NCBI GenBank assembly: GCA_903813345.2
Contig: CAIIXF020000001.1
Span: 11,470,001-11,534,000 of the forward strand
DNA from: Owenia fusiformis
Taxonomy: Eukaryota
Length of the DNA: 64,000 nt
Reading direction: 5' to 3'
This document shows positions 10,227 to 23,010 of this stretch, piece after piece; positions within the stretch are counted from its first letter, which is position 1, and each line of letters begins with the position of its first letter. A model generated the notes under the pieces. The model worked only from the letters and a program-made list of their open reading frames with translations. It had not been told where the DNA came from and made no database searches. The position numbers and the translations under genes are program-made.

Positions 10227-13200
10227 TAAATAAAGCCATCTAAAAACTCAAACATTACATATTGTGAAAGTGGGTTGTTCTAATGATTATTTGGATAATT
10301 TGTTAGAGAAAACCAAATTAAAATACATTGAAATGAATTACCAAGAGAGGTGTTTATACAATCATACGCTTTAATGACTTCATCTTAAGATCTCCACATT
10401 CATCTCTTATGTTCCATGTTGTTGATTCCAACATGAATCCTTAGTTTTCAACTCAACTAGAATGAAAGAGATAAAACATGCCGAGTACGTACATATTTAT
10501 TTTACTGTAAAAATATTAACTGGTTGATTAAGCACTGGAGAATTTGGACCTGGGGTAGGGTACTTGTGATATGCGATACCCCAATGATCACCTTTATAAG
10601 GATAATTGACACCTTTTATGACAAAAAACACACACACTCAAACAGAACAAGGAAACTTTTCATGTTTGTTTACTTTATTTTTTTACTTTTTCATGAATAT
10701 GTTGTTCTACCGTGGGCTAGTGATATTTGATATAGGTCTTCTTTGTTGGGGTTCTTATTGCCTACCCTAGTATTGATAACATTTTATCATTCAACTGCAT
10801 TTAATCAAACAGCATCGGGTGGTCTGAATCAGCAATATTACACATCATTACAGTCTATAATTGAAATTTTACACAATTTTAATTTTTTGATCAGAAATAA
10901 ACTCAAAAAGTATATTAATTTTTCTGATAGCATTTTCTGTAACATTTTTGTTTGTTTGCTAAGCTTCCACCAGTAAGTGAATATAGTTCCTCCAGTAGCT
11001 GAATGTAGTCTCTAGAGTCGTTGAATACAGTCCCTACAATCAATGATGACGTCCCTACAGTCTATAATATAGTCCCAACAAGTTGATGAATGTAGTCCCT
11101 ATATTCGCTGAAGATAATAGGCACTAATCAAGCAAAGATGGTTTTGTTGGGACATGTACATGTAATGTCATGAACCTACAGTATATGACAAATCTCAGAA
11201 ACATTTTCAAGATGCAACAATCCATAAAAAAACAACTTAAGAACTACAGCTTATCTTTCCCATTTTGAAGTAAGCATGGATTTATTTGCAACACATTGAA
11301 ATTGCATTGAAAACACATTGATATTGCATTGAAAAAATATAACTTTATCATTGAGTTTAATTTTGTGTTTAATTACAGGTATATCATTTAGTTCAACTTG
11401 GTGTTTAATTACAGGTATATCATTGGTCCCAGTATGAATGTAGCTAGACCAAGTTAATTATTGCTATCTTCAAAGTCAAGCCGAAGTTCGCCTCCTCTAT
11501 GTTATACCAATTATCCTTCCCTGATTGTCTAATTGGGTAGGGAGACATGTTGTGTGAAATGAAAGTTTGGGCAATGATTCGTAAAAGGGCCCACATCTGA
11601 CCGAGGATACACACCTCAATGTGTTTGTTGTCCTTACGTTTCATTAGATAGACACAAACAACACATAAATGTTTGTCAAAAAAGTTGAGTTCTCACGACC
11701 GTGTTATTTTTTGATGTGTATTTTCGTATATGTCCCCCGCTATGCATAATGATGTGTTATTTGTTAATTGTGTTTATATTATGTTTTCTTTAATTAGTTT
11801 TCTTTATGAGAGGAATGGCTGAAGGCGTGATGACTGCGTGTCCTGTATCATTGTATCATTGTACTGCATCGACTAGAATAATATAAAAAGTATTATTTCG
11901 CAAAATATCGTTCTACTTGAGTTCGGAGAACCAAAATTAACACTCTGCAACTTGAATTCACCTAATTGATTTTTGATATTTTTATTAACCTCACAATATA
12001 TGAATACAAATATTATTTAGCTAATTATTTGCTTATGTAAATGACATTCTTAAGATTCCATGTTTGTAATGTTACATCTGCTACAACTTCGTAGAATATT
12101 AAGGATCTTCATTTTATTAAAATAAATCCATGGGACCGAACCAGGACTATCGGGAAAAATCTTTTTACACGTGCATTGTGTTTTTGAAGGCTCTTGAGGA
12201 CTCTCATTAGGAAGAGGCTTAGAGGGAATATGTTCTTTGTTCAGTCTTTGGGGTGGGCTTTCCAAGCACCTGATCGGATGTCCGTAAACATCTATGCCCT
12301 GATACCAACTTCATTCACCTTATAAGTGTCCCCTGTATTGTACTTTATATTGCCACTTATTCTTCTAGTCAAAACTAATTGATACAGTTTAGCTGGACAT
12401 CAACAATAATTTATTTAATAATTATCCTCTCGTTCAGGAACTAAGTGGGGATTGAACCTTTTGGAACAATCAGCTAAAGAAATGGCAAGTGTTCAATTTT
12501 GATATTTCTGAGGGCTATTTTGTTGAATATATCACATTACAATTGTCTTAAAGGGCAGGTGCCCCTTGAATAGAGGCCCCAGTTGATGGAACCTGTGATA
12601 CTTTGCTGTCCATTCACATGTGGCTCTGTGTTGCAAACAATGCCAAACATAACAGTTTTCCAACTTGAAAACCAAAAGCCCCCCAGTGAGTCTAGCTACT
12701 CAATTTCTGGCAAAATACTGAAAAGGGACTCAATTATCTTTGAGTTTGAACGTTTCATTTTGAGAAACTAATTAAAGGTAGGATTTTCTCTACGGGTGAA
12801 AATGATGAAGTGTGACACAGAACATTTATAAGAGTATTTGTGGTGAGATACTTAGATACTTCAACTAATGAATATATCTGAATTAAAATGGTATAACCAC
12901 AATTACCAGAGTCTCAAAATGGCACACAATGGTATAATTTCAAATTCTAAAAACCCATATTTCAAGAAAAGAAAGCATAGATAACAAACATATATGGACA
13001 TTTTTTTAAATTAACATACAGTATTCTAAAGCACAAAAAAATTAAACCAAACATTTATAATATGATAATTTTGTTGTCATCTACTAATTTAATAATATCT
13101 ATATACTGTACTCAAACATATGATACACACAAAATACCTGCAACCAGCTTAACTTCATAAATTAAAAGAAAATGGTTCCAGTAATAGAGCCATATGGTTT

Positions 13201-14299
13201 CTCCATGTTACTCCATTTGTGCCTGTCTGTCAAGAAATAAAATTGCTTCAATTACATTCACAGCAAGGAAAGCAAACCTAACATAACTCTGATTAGAGTG
13301 TAACACAAACATTTATAAACAACCAACCACATATCTCAGCTAACAACATTTCATATCACATGTGTAACTAGCTCTTAGGCTAATGAATAAGTCATGGAGG
13401 AAATGATGTTCCTTACCCTTTTGAGAGAAAAACACATGGTTTAAGATCACAGTTGTATAAATACTGACCTCCTCCTACTCATACTCCCGTGGATTTGGGG
13501 TAAGTGTGTGTAACTATTTTTTGTAAACCATGCGTGACATACCTTACTCATACAGTGCTGCCCTCTTTTAAATTAACCAAGAATAGTTAGAATATTTTGA
13601 AGAATCAATTTAGTTAGTAAACAAAATACATGTAGATGCATTACTTTACAAAGGCTTTGTTATTTATTGCTTTAACCTTGTATACAAAGCTTTGTTTTGA
13701 TTGGGGAGAAATTTCTGGTATTAATACTAAAACCAGGTGTAGGACCTGTCAACAAAAGTTCACAGCCAGTTGGTGTTTGTTTCCAAGTTGCTATAAAAAT
13801 ACTCAAACCAATTTGTCTATATCTGTTTTATATATCATAGTTGAGTGACAGTCTTTTTCCAAATATCTTGTTCATTATTAGCATCTCTGATTTATCTTAC
13901 AGATTTAATTTGGTTTAGCAAAAGAGGCAAATATTTGAAGAACACCCCAGTAAAGCATATTTAAATTATAACTGAGATCTATGAATTGCACCTCAGCTCT
14001 AAAAATCATCTTCCAAATACATCTAAAAATAGAATATATAATTCATGATACTCATCAGTTCAATGTTATATCAGTCATAATATGTAATTCATGAAGGCGA
14101 TTAGTTCAGTGCTGTATTAGTCAATAGAGCAAGGCATAATAGTTCAAGATAAAGCAAGTGCAGACAATGAACTCCTCACATACAAGAAAATACTCTGCTA
14201 CTCTTTGATTTTGCTCTTTGTTATTATGAATGCAAATTCTACCTCAAAATTAAACACATGTAATAGAGCTGAATGATTTGATGTTTTTTATATTTACAG

Positions 14300-14426
14300 G
14301 GTGTCCTGAATATTGTTGACTCTTCAAAAAGGGTGCTTCTACAGGGTGTCCATGAACTCTATGACCAGCAACCAACAACAGAGTGGGAACCAGAGGAATC
14401 AAGGACCAACACAGTAGTATTTATAG
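14300..14426 (+). CDS. ZNG1: ZNG1/CBWD (COBW-domain zinc-regulated GTPase), penultimate coding exon, CobW_C domain
   Basis: tttacAG acceptor and GTgag donor. Translates GVLNIVDSSKRVLLQGVHELYDQQPTTEWEPEESRTNTVVFI(G), matching the recalled CobW_C pattern KG...QGVHELYD...W...RTN..V.IG of vertebrate CBWD1. Confidence 0.9.
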
Positions 14427-16633
14427 GTGAGATCGAATTTATTTTTTCAAATTGACTTAATTTTACAATGTTGATACATTGATCATTGACAAGTATAAGA
14501 TTAAACTTGATACATTATGTTTAGTAATTTGAATTCTAGATGTATAATGTGCTGAAAAATAACATATAAAAAGTGCAACACAAATTCCATAAAGTCTAAT
14601 GTGTTGAAAAGAATCTTGGTATATATTGCTATTTGAAAGACTAGATAAAAGCAGAATTGCTACCATATGGTATAGTTTATACTAAAGGTATCATCAACAT
14701 AGCTCACTTTCCATTATTTATACCATTTATTTGAACACAGTTGATGTTAAACTGTTACTTTTCCCAAAATTGTTTTGCCAAATAAGCAAACATTTTAGTT
14801 TGTTTTATTATGTCTGTCAGGAGAACAAGCCAAAAATGGTTTAGTTACCCAGTGTGGAACTCTTCAACAGGAGGGGGCATATATAAGATAACATTCATAC
14901 TTGTTCGGCCTACTGGCTTTTAGTCATAGATATTTGAAATCGTAGGTTTGATTCTATATTGATTGATTATTTATTTTTTCAAAGTTCCAACATTTGTGAT
15001 GCAGGAGCCTATAAACCTGCACTCTAGACATCATCCAAACTGAAGGAGATTAAGAAAACACATCTTGTAATAGTGTAAGCCAACGGGGAAGAATTTGTAA
15101 TTGGTAAAACATTTCATGATTATCCTTGATATTTCAGATTTTTCAAGCATTTTTGCACAAGCTTTTATTTGATATATTATACTAGCCCTAGACATATATT
15201 GATGCTTATTAATCAAACTATACAAGGTACCTGGGGCAGGTTATCATACAAGGGTTCAGAATTATTTGACTGATCACCCTGTATAGTTTGATATGTCCCT
15301 ATTGAGTCAGCTGCTACATACAGGGTGTTAAATGATTGCTATAACTTCCCTTGTCAATCAACCTTGTATATTAAATCAAGATTAAATTGCCAACTTCCAC
15401 ATGTTGGCCTTACCAAGCTTTGATCAGGGAACCTCCAAACAAACTAACCTTGGTTTATTTTAAACCAGCTCTCTCAAAATAAAGCTAATAACTTCAGAGC
15501 AATTTTTTCCAATCCAAACACAAACTGAAGAATCCATATGGTTATTCCAAACAAACAGCATGCATTCCGGCAGATTTGTATTCCACTTTAAAATGTTTAT
15601 TCATATCATATATTTCACTGCAGGTATCAAGCTAGCTAAATTCTATCCACTAGACTTCTCTAAGCTATCAACATGTAAGCTTTCCAGTAAGGAGATGATC
15701 TCTAAAGATAACATCAACACCCCAATCTGTCTCATCTCTTTCACATTGAAAAATCTCATATCCTCCACCAACTAACAAATTGATATTGAAAGAAGGGATA
15801 AAGAGAGTATTTAGCCATGATAATTTCACTTTGATATTGGGTTTTAAATCAGTAGAAAATTTGATCAAATCTGTTAAATATTTTTGATTACAGATATCGG
15901 CCAATTTAATTAGAACAAGGAAAATGTTGAGATTAATATTACTTAATGTAATCAGAAAATTTGAAAATTTCAGTGTTGGTTAAGAATTGCACTTTACTCA
16001 TAATCAATTAAAAAATAAGTGTAAAGGTAATTTGTACATAAATAAGATGAGCATGTGGTCAAGAAGGGTGTCCATTAGAGACAAGTGTTCACTGGAGTAA
16101 GGTGTTCACTAAGACAGGTTACTGTATGTGCTTTTTGATGATCATCCTTGCCTTGTTCCCACGTTAGTGTCATATTTTCTCTGCAGTAGTCAGTTAAGCT
16201 GTTGTTGAGTATGCTGTGTCAGTCGTATTCGTGGAGCCACACCCTATGGGTCACCTGTGTTTAGAACCCCTGTAGCTCTCTGTGTATGTCGCCTGTGTGG
16301 ATCCCTACAGGTATCTGATTACAGGTGTATTGCTGGAGCAGATCAACTATAATGATTGATGCTTGATTGTCTTTTCTCATATATTGATTGTTTTGAATAA
16401 ACCAGTGGATTGTTGATCAAACATAACTTAACAAAACAATTTAAACATATCATGTTTTTCAGCTATTAAAAATGAATCAAGATATATTTGATTGGTTTTT
16501 ATTGTGGTAAGATCTTATGAATTATGGTGAGAAATTATAAGTATGATTGATTTATTATCCATTGTACACTCTGTCTATCATTAAGAGAGTTATAAACTGT
16601 TTGTAAAAATTCAAAATAAAATACAAAATGATG

Positions 16634-16795
16634 CAGACTCGTAGCTCCTTTTGCCAAGGGTTCTCTTTTCACAAATTTCCAGGGGGGGCTCATATTTGAC
16701 AACTTGGCTCAAAATCACTTAAAAAGTGCTCAATGGTGAAAAACTGCATGCTTTGAAAGAATATTTGGCTAGGGGGGTTACAGACTATGGGCCTG
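16634..16795. mobile_element. Degenerate second copy of the 7960 MITE family
   Basis: Shares AAAAGTGCTCA..ATGGTGAAAAACTGCATG..TTTGAAAGAAT and the CTATGGGCCTG end; flanked by TGATG on both sides. Confidence 0.75.
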
Positions 16796-18153
16796 TGATG
16801 TGTGCCCATATGAGTTATTAGTGATTAGGGTCATGCAGGGCTATTTTCAAAAGCAGATTTAACATCATTAGTAAATACATATTGATTCTCAAAGTTCTTG
16901 TTTAATCTCAATATTGTCATTACCATTGTGTTCACCTGCTGTATGTGGTGGTTTGAGAGCTTCATCTGGCCAATTAATAGTGGCACAATCAGTTGTATCA
17001 CCAGGTAGCCCCAACACTTGTCTGAATTCAGCATAGCACACAGTCCTGAGAAAACATCGCTAATCTCCAGTATTACCACACACAACTTGAAATACAAGGG
17101 GAAAAATTGTAGGTTCTTGTAGAGATACACTAAATATTTTTTGTCATGACACTTTTTCAAAGTGTTATATTGTCATCATATTGGGCTGATGGGCATATGT
17201 CTGTGTGGGTGGGTGGGCCGCCACCACATGAATCTTGTCTTAAATTGACCAATTTTTATACAATCTTATTTTAGAACTCAGTTTTGATGTATTGATATAG
17301 TCTTACTGAATATTACAAGAAATCTACATTTCACCCTGGATTACGACAGCCACGGACATCGAGGATACGCTCCACTCGTGTATCTCCAATAGGTACTGAT
17401 ATGTGTGACCACGTCTTATTTGGAAAATTTCTGAAATAAATTGTATAATGTAAACACGGCTCCTTGAAGTCATGTGGCTTGTTTGACCATCTGAAGATAC
17501 TGATGTAATGTAAATAGGTTTAATTGTAATTGTTTTGCCAGTTGTTTTACAAATAAGATAAAAAAAATGTGCCCTGGGTATACAGTGGTTGTGGTCAGGC
17601 TGTCAGATATGCACTATATTCCCCATGTATATGCCAAAGTAGTACCGGCAGTCAGCTTCATGGTTGTGCCATTGGTGTCGTGTCAGAGAAGCAAATACAC
17701 TATCTTTTTTTTATTTTAAGTGTCAGTCATGCTGTTTCAAATTGAATAATAAAAATTTCTTCTAAAATAAATAAGATTTGATTCACAATTATGTCTGGTT
17801 TCTAGTTAAAGCTTAAAAACTAGAAGTACATGCAAAATGGAGATAACACAACAAAAATCCTCAATATCCTCAGACAACAAAAGTCCTCAATTTTGGCATT
17901 GATTTTATGTATGAAAGTGAAATTAGGTTTTTGAGCCATGTTGTTGAGTGATATTATAATGATAACCTATGGCGGACACTGTTCATATACTATATAATTA
18001 CAATCACCATGATTATTATGCATATTACCAAAAGGATATATGTCCCATGTGATGCGTACTTGTTCCCATTGAGTTGAAAGTTAGGCAAGAATAATATCTA
18101 CCCCATGTTCATCCATGTAGGTAGACCACAATGTCCAGCCACTTTGGCATTTA

Positions 18154-20057
18154 TTATGTCACCACCAAAAGTGGTGACATATTGTTATGGTCTCCGTTTT
18201 TTTGCGACGGCGTCCGGCGGTTGGAGGTTGGAGGTTGGCGTCCGGCGGTTGGCGTCTGTAACAATTTCTTACAACTTCCTATAACTTAACAAATACTGTT
18301 TAGACTGACTTCAATTTTTTTCTAAATCATCTACATGTTCTCAGAAGTTCAAATCTGACTTTAGATTTGACATTTGACCTTCAATGACCTTCTCAAGGTC
18401 AAAAAGGTCTTTTTTCAACTTGCTTCACATTGACTAATTTTTTTTTCAAAATCATCTACATGTTCTCAGAAATTCAAATCTGACTTTAGATTTGACATTT
18501 GACCTTCAAATCTGACTTTAGATTTGACATTTGACCTTCAATGACCTTCTCAAGGTCAAAAAAGGTCAAAAAGGTCTGTTTTCAACTTGCTTCAAATTGA
18601 CTAAATTTTTTTTTCAAAATCATCTACGTGTTCTCAGAAATTCAAATCTGACTTAAGATTTGACATTTGACCTTCAATGACCTTCTCAAGGTCAAAAAAG
18701 GTCAAAAAGGTCTGTTTTCAACTTGCTTCAAATTGACTAAAAAAAATTTTCAAAATCATCTACGTGTTCTCAGAAATTCAAATCTGACTTTAGATTTGAC
18801 TTAAGATTTGACATTTGACCTTCAATGACCTTCTCAAAGTCAAAAAAGGTCAAAAAGGTCTTTTTTCAACTTGCTTCAAATTGACTAAATTTTTTTTTCG
18901 AAATCATCTACATGTTCTCAGAAATTCAAATCTGACTTTAGATTTGACATTTGACCTTCAATGACCTTCTCAATGTCAAAAAAGGTCAAAAAGGTATTTT
19001 TTCATCTTGCTTCAAATTGACTAAATTTTTTTTTCAAAATCATCTACATGTTCTCAGAAATTCAAATATGACTTTAGATTTGACTTTGGATTTGACATTT
19101 GACCTTCAATGACCTTCTCAAGGTCAAAAAAGGTCAAAAAGGTCTTTTTTCAACTTGCTTCAAATTGACTAATTTTTTTTTCAAAATCATCTACATGTTC
19201 TCAGAAATTCAAATCTGCCTTTTCGATTTGACATTTGACCTTTAATGACCTTCTCAAGGTCAAAAAAGGTCAAAAAGGTCTGTTTTCAACTTGCTTCAAA
19301 TTGACTAAATTTTTTTTTCAAAATCATCTACATGTTCTCAGAAATTCAAATATGACTTTAGATTTGACATTTGACCTTCAATGACGTTCTGAAGGTCAAA
19401 AAAGGTCAAAAAGGTCTTTTTTCAACTTGCTTCAAATTGACTAATTTTTTTTTTCAAAATCATCTACATTTTCTCAGAAATTCAAATCTGACTTTAGATT
19501 TGACCTTTGACCTTCAATGACCTTCTCAAGGTCAAAAAGGTCTTTTTTCAACTTGCTTCAAATTGACTAATTTTTTTTCAAAATCATCTACATGTTCTCA
19601 GAAGTTCAAATCTGACTTTAGATTTGACATTTGACCTTCAATGACCTTTTCAAGGTCAAAAAGGTCTTTTTTCAACTTGCTTCAAATTTACTTAATTTTT
19701 TTTCAAAATCATCTACATGTTCTCAGAAGTTCAAATCTGACTTTACATTTGACCTTCAATGACCTTCTCAATGTCAAAAAAAGTCAAAGAGGTATTTTTT
19801 CAACTTGCTTCAAATTGACGAATTTTTTTTTCAAAATCATCTACATGTTCTAAGAAGTTCAAATCTGACTTAAGATTTGTGTGCAACTAGTTTTAACTTG
19901 CTTCAGATTGAACAATTTCTTTTTTCAAAATCATCTACAAGATCCCAGAAGCTCAAATCTTCAAAAACATTCTTAAGGTCAAAAGGTATTTTCCAACTTG
20001 CTTTAAATTGACCAAATTGTTTTAGGTGGTGACATTTTGTCATGTTAATGCCTTGTT
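18154..20057 (+). mobile_element. Non-autonomous Helentron-type element (HINE/DINE-1-like) with internal ~130 bp tandem array, copy 1
   Basis: 5' palindrome ATGTCACCAC-caaaa-GTGGTGACAT, GGCGTCC/GGTTGG microsatellite, about 13 tandem units, 3' sub-TIR GGTGGTGACAT, then TTAATGCCTTGTT; T-rich junctions and no TSD. Confidence 0.8.
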
Positions 20058-21587
20058 TTAGTGATGTCATAATAACAAAGATGTGTAACAGTAGTGTACT
20101 TTATGGTGTTACTTAGTGCATATACAGTAACACAAGTTAATATGAACACCTTCTTTTAGTGAATACATAACTTCATTATATCACTGTCATATTCCCCACT
20201 CTCTTGTTGGTCTACACATTACATGTGACTTAGAAATAAGAAAATGTATTCAACGGCCTTGCCAGTGACATCAGAAACTTTTTGCACTTTCAGAAAACTT
20301 ATTGCACTTTCAATGATTCCGCAAGGTGTATTCCCCTAAGGGCTTAGAAAATACACCTTGCTAGAATCATTGAAAGATGAACAGATATTCACCTCAATAG
20401 TATGAAATATTTGTATATTATTGGACAATACTATGTAGTGAAAACCTCTCAGAGCATTAACATGAATGGTTATATCATAAAGGTTCGAGGACAATATTGT
20501 CATGTAGTTAATTTTTAACATTTCTTTGTTTTGAACACATCCCTGTTTTGAACATCTGTCTTGATGCAGCCAATGAACCCCTTTCTGAAGTAAACACCTT
20601 ACTGCAGTAGGTGTCTTCCCTCAAAATTTTGAATCCATCTATTCCTACTTTGAGAGCTGTAAAAACCAACTCCTGTGTGCACTTCTCATACAAACTGTTC
20701 ACTGTTAGGGGTTTCTCTGTATTATACCATCTAATATGTACAGGTGAGTGACCACAAGATCAATTTGATGCCAGTGTAATCCTTTAATTATTATTCTTTT
20801 GTGATAATGGATTTATCTATTATATCATCCTTCAATGTATGTAATCTACACCTGTGCCTTTCTTTAATCTTCCAATGAATTTTCCCATTGTTTCTTGTTT
20901 GACCTTTGTTTTGAGGAACCTATATATCATATAAGGTCTATGTCTACATATATCACAATATACACTATACAATGTACACATTTACTCAAAGAAAGCCATG
21001 CCATCTTGTCATATCCCAGTAGAAATTTAAACATTAATTGAAGCAAAAACTAATACAGCAAAATTAATAGGTATTGTTTTCCTTGTCATGACTATATGAT
21101 TTTGTTTTTCAAATGTTACAATTTGTGCTTTCTGAAATATCACATTGATGCTATGTTGCCATTTTTTATATTTCACCTGTAGAGCATGTGATGCACATTG
21201 AAGGTATCATATCTTGGGAGGACTAGATACTCTCACTTGATTAGAGAAATTAGCGAAAATTACAGGCCACACTTCATGTAAACTCTTTCCCCCAATGACT
21301 CAATCAGCCATTTAACATCTATCAAACACTTATAATGATAACTTTTGACATTAATTAATATGAAACTTGAGTCTAATATTATGGTTTGTGATAGCTGATA
21401 TAGGTGTTATCTGTCAGAATATGCTGTGTATATTAGACTGGGGATCCCAGAGGCCTGGCTGTTTGGGCACTTTCAGTACAACAATCCAACTGTGTGGACT
21501 AGATATTGAAATAATTATTTATTCATCTGTCCTGTTTCATCTTCCTTTTGATCAAGTGATATTTTACACCCCTTTGCTAAACATTGT

Positions 21588-21679
21588 TTTAGCACAAAGG
21601 ACGCCTTATATGGCGTATTTAACACAAAGGCAGCCTTATATGGTATATTTAACACAAAGGCGGCCTTATATGGCATATT
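21588..21679. repeat. 30-bp tandem repeat, 3 copies
   Basis: TTTAACACAAAGGCRGCCTTATATGGYRTA unit read directly. Confidence 0.85.
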
Positions 21680-22386
21680 AGGTGGTTGGAATTGAGTCTC
21701 TCATCAACATTAGGAGGATGACCATCCTAATTATGATTCATTAAATCAATATATTTGGCCTCATTTAATTTTTATTTTTTATTAGATATTTCCTTTCTGA
21801 AGTCATATGAAAGGGGCAACATTTGGAAATCCATGATCGTAAAAACTCTATTTCATTTAGCCACTAATTAACCTAGATAAATACAAATGTATATGTATCA
21901 TTACCAAGAATGAAAGTTCAATGTACTTTGACGGAATAGATTTTTTGTACTTTATTTTTCGTACTTTACTGTCATGTCACCTGTGGGGGAATAAATAATT
22001 TATTTGATGTTACATTTGTGTTGATTTTTAAAAAATATAATGGCTAGATATCCTATTAATTATAGATGTGGAATTTATTTTCAATGTAGTATTTATTCTG
22101 TGTATTGGATTTTTTGTCATCCCCAGAAGTGGTGACATATTGTTATTATTAATTCCATGAGAATGATTTAGATATGTTATCCTTTCAATCAAAATGGTTA
22201 TAGTGACAATAAACTGAATGAACATTTGTGAGTTTATTATTAATGAAATGTATATTGTTTTGTATTGTGATTTTACCATCAATGGATGTGAGCAATACCT
22301 GTATATTTAACTGTCATAATAATCTTGGATGGCTGATCTGACTCTGGAACCCCTTCTTGAAGGATTCCTGTTTTCTTTTATGTTTA

Positions 22387-23010
22387 CTGTACTTCTACTT
22401 AATTTGGCACTATTTATTTTGGCAGATTTGCTGTTTTGAACATTTGGTGGTTACGTAATTTAGCGGACTTACAATATTGAAATCTATATACATGTACATT
22501 TACTATACTTTTTTACGATAGACAAGATGCGAGTAGAAATATTTAAATACAAGTATATAAATATGAAAATTTAATTTTTTTGAAAATGTGACTTTTAGTT
22601 CGAGTTGATTCCCCATACAAAATTATTTGACAGATAACATTTTCTTTTACTGGACATATTTTAATTTGGTAACTCTTTTCTTATATGAAAATTGAACCTC
22701 TAAAACAGGGAACTTTCTACCATACTCACAATTTAAGTTAAAGGGAACTTTCTACAATACCCGCAATTTAAGTTAAAGGGAACTTTCTACAATACCCGCA
22801 ATTTAAGTTAAAGGGAATTTTCTACCATACCTGCAATGCTATCTGACCCGAACGAGCCACCTGGTAGTGGAACTGCTAACTACCTACTCACATCTGCATT
22901 ATTGGGAGATGAAATGTTGAAATTGGCAGCTACTTAATTTGCCTGACTTAAACAATTTAACGGATTCGCCAAATTAAAACAGCCACCATGCAAATTAAGA
23001 AGAAGTACAG
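22387..23010. mobile_element. TA-flanked MITE (Tc1/mariner-pogo type) containing a nested element
   Basis: TA-CTGTACTTCTACTTAATTT ... AAATTAAGAAGAAGTACAG-TA inverted termini. Confidence 0.75.
22707..22837. repeat. 35-bp tandem repeat (~3.7 copies) inside the nested element
   Basis: AGGGAACTTTCTACAATACCCGCAATTTAAGTTAA unit. Confidence 0.85.

Noticed and set aside
15624-15775. Alternative final ZNG1 exon (cag|GTATCAAG..., GIKLAKF...)
   Set aside because: Phase-compatible but has no CobW_C similarity; 29641-29702 fits much better.
18325-19960. CRISPR-like regular repeats (also 58320-59920)
   Set aside because: Contiguous tandem units without unique spacers, no cas genes, eukaryotic context, and enclosed by Helentron-type ends.
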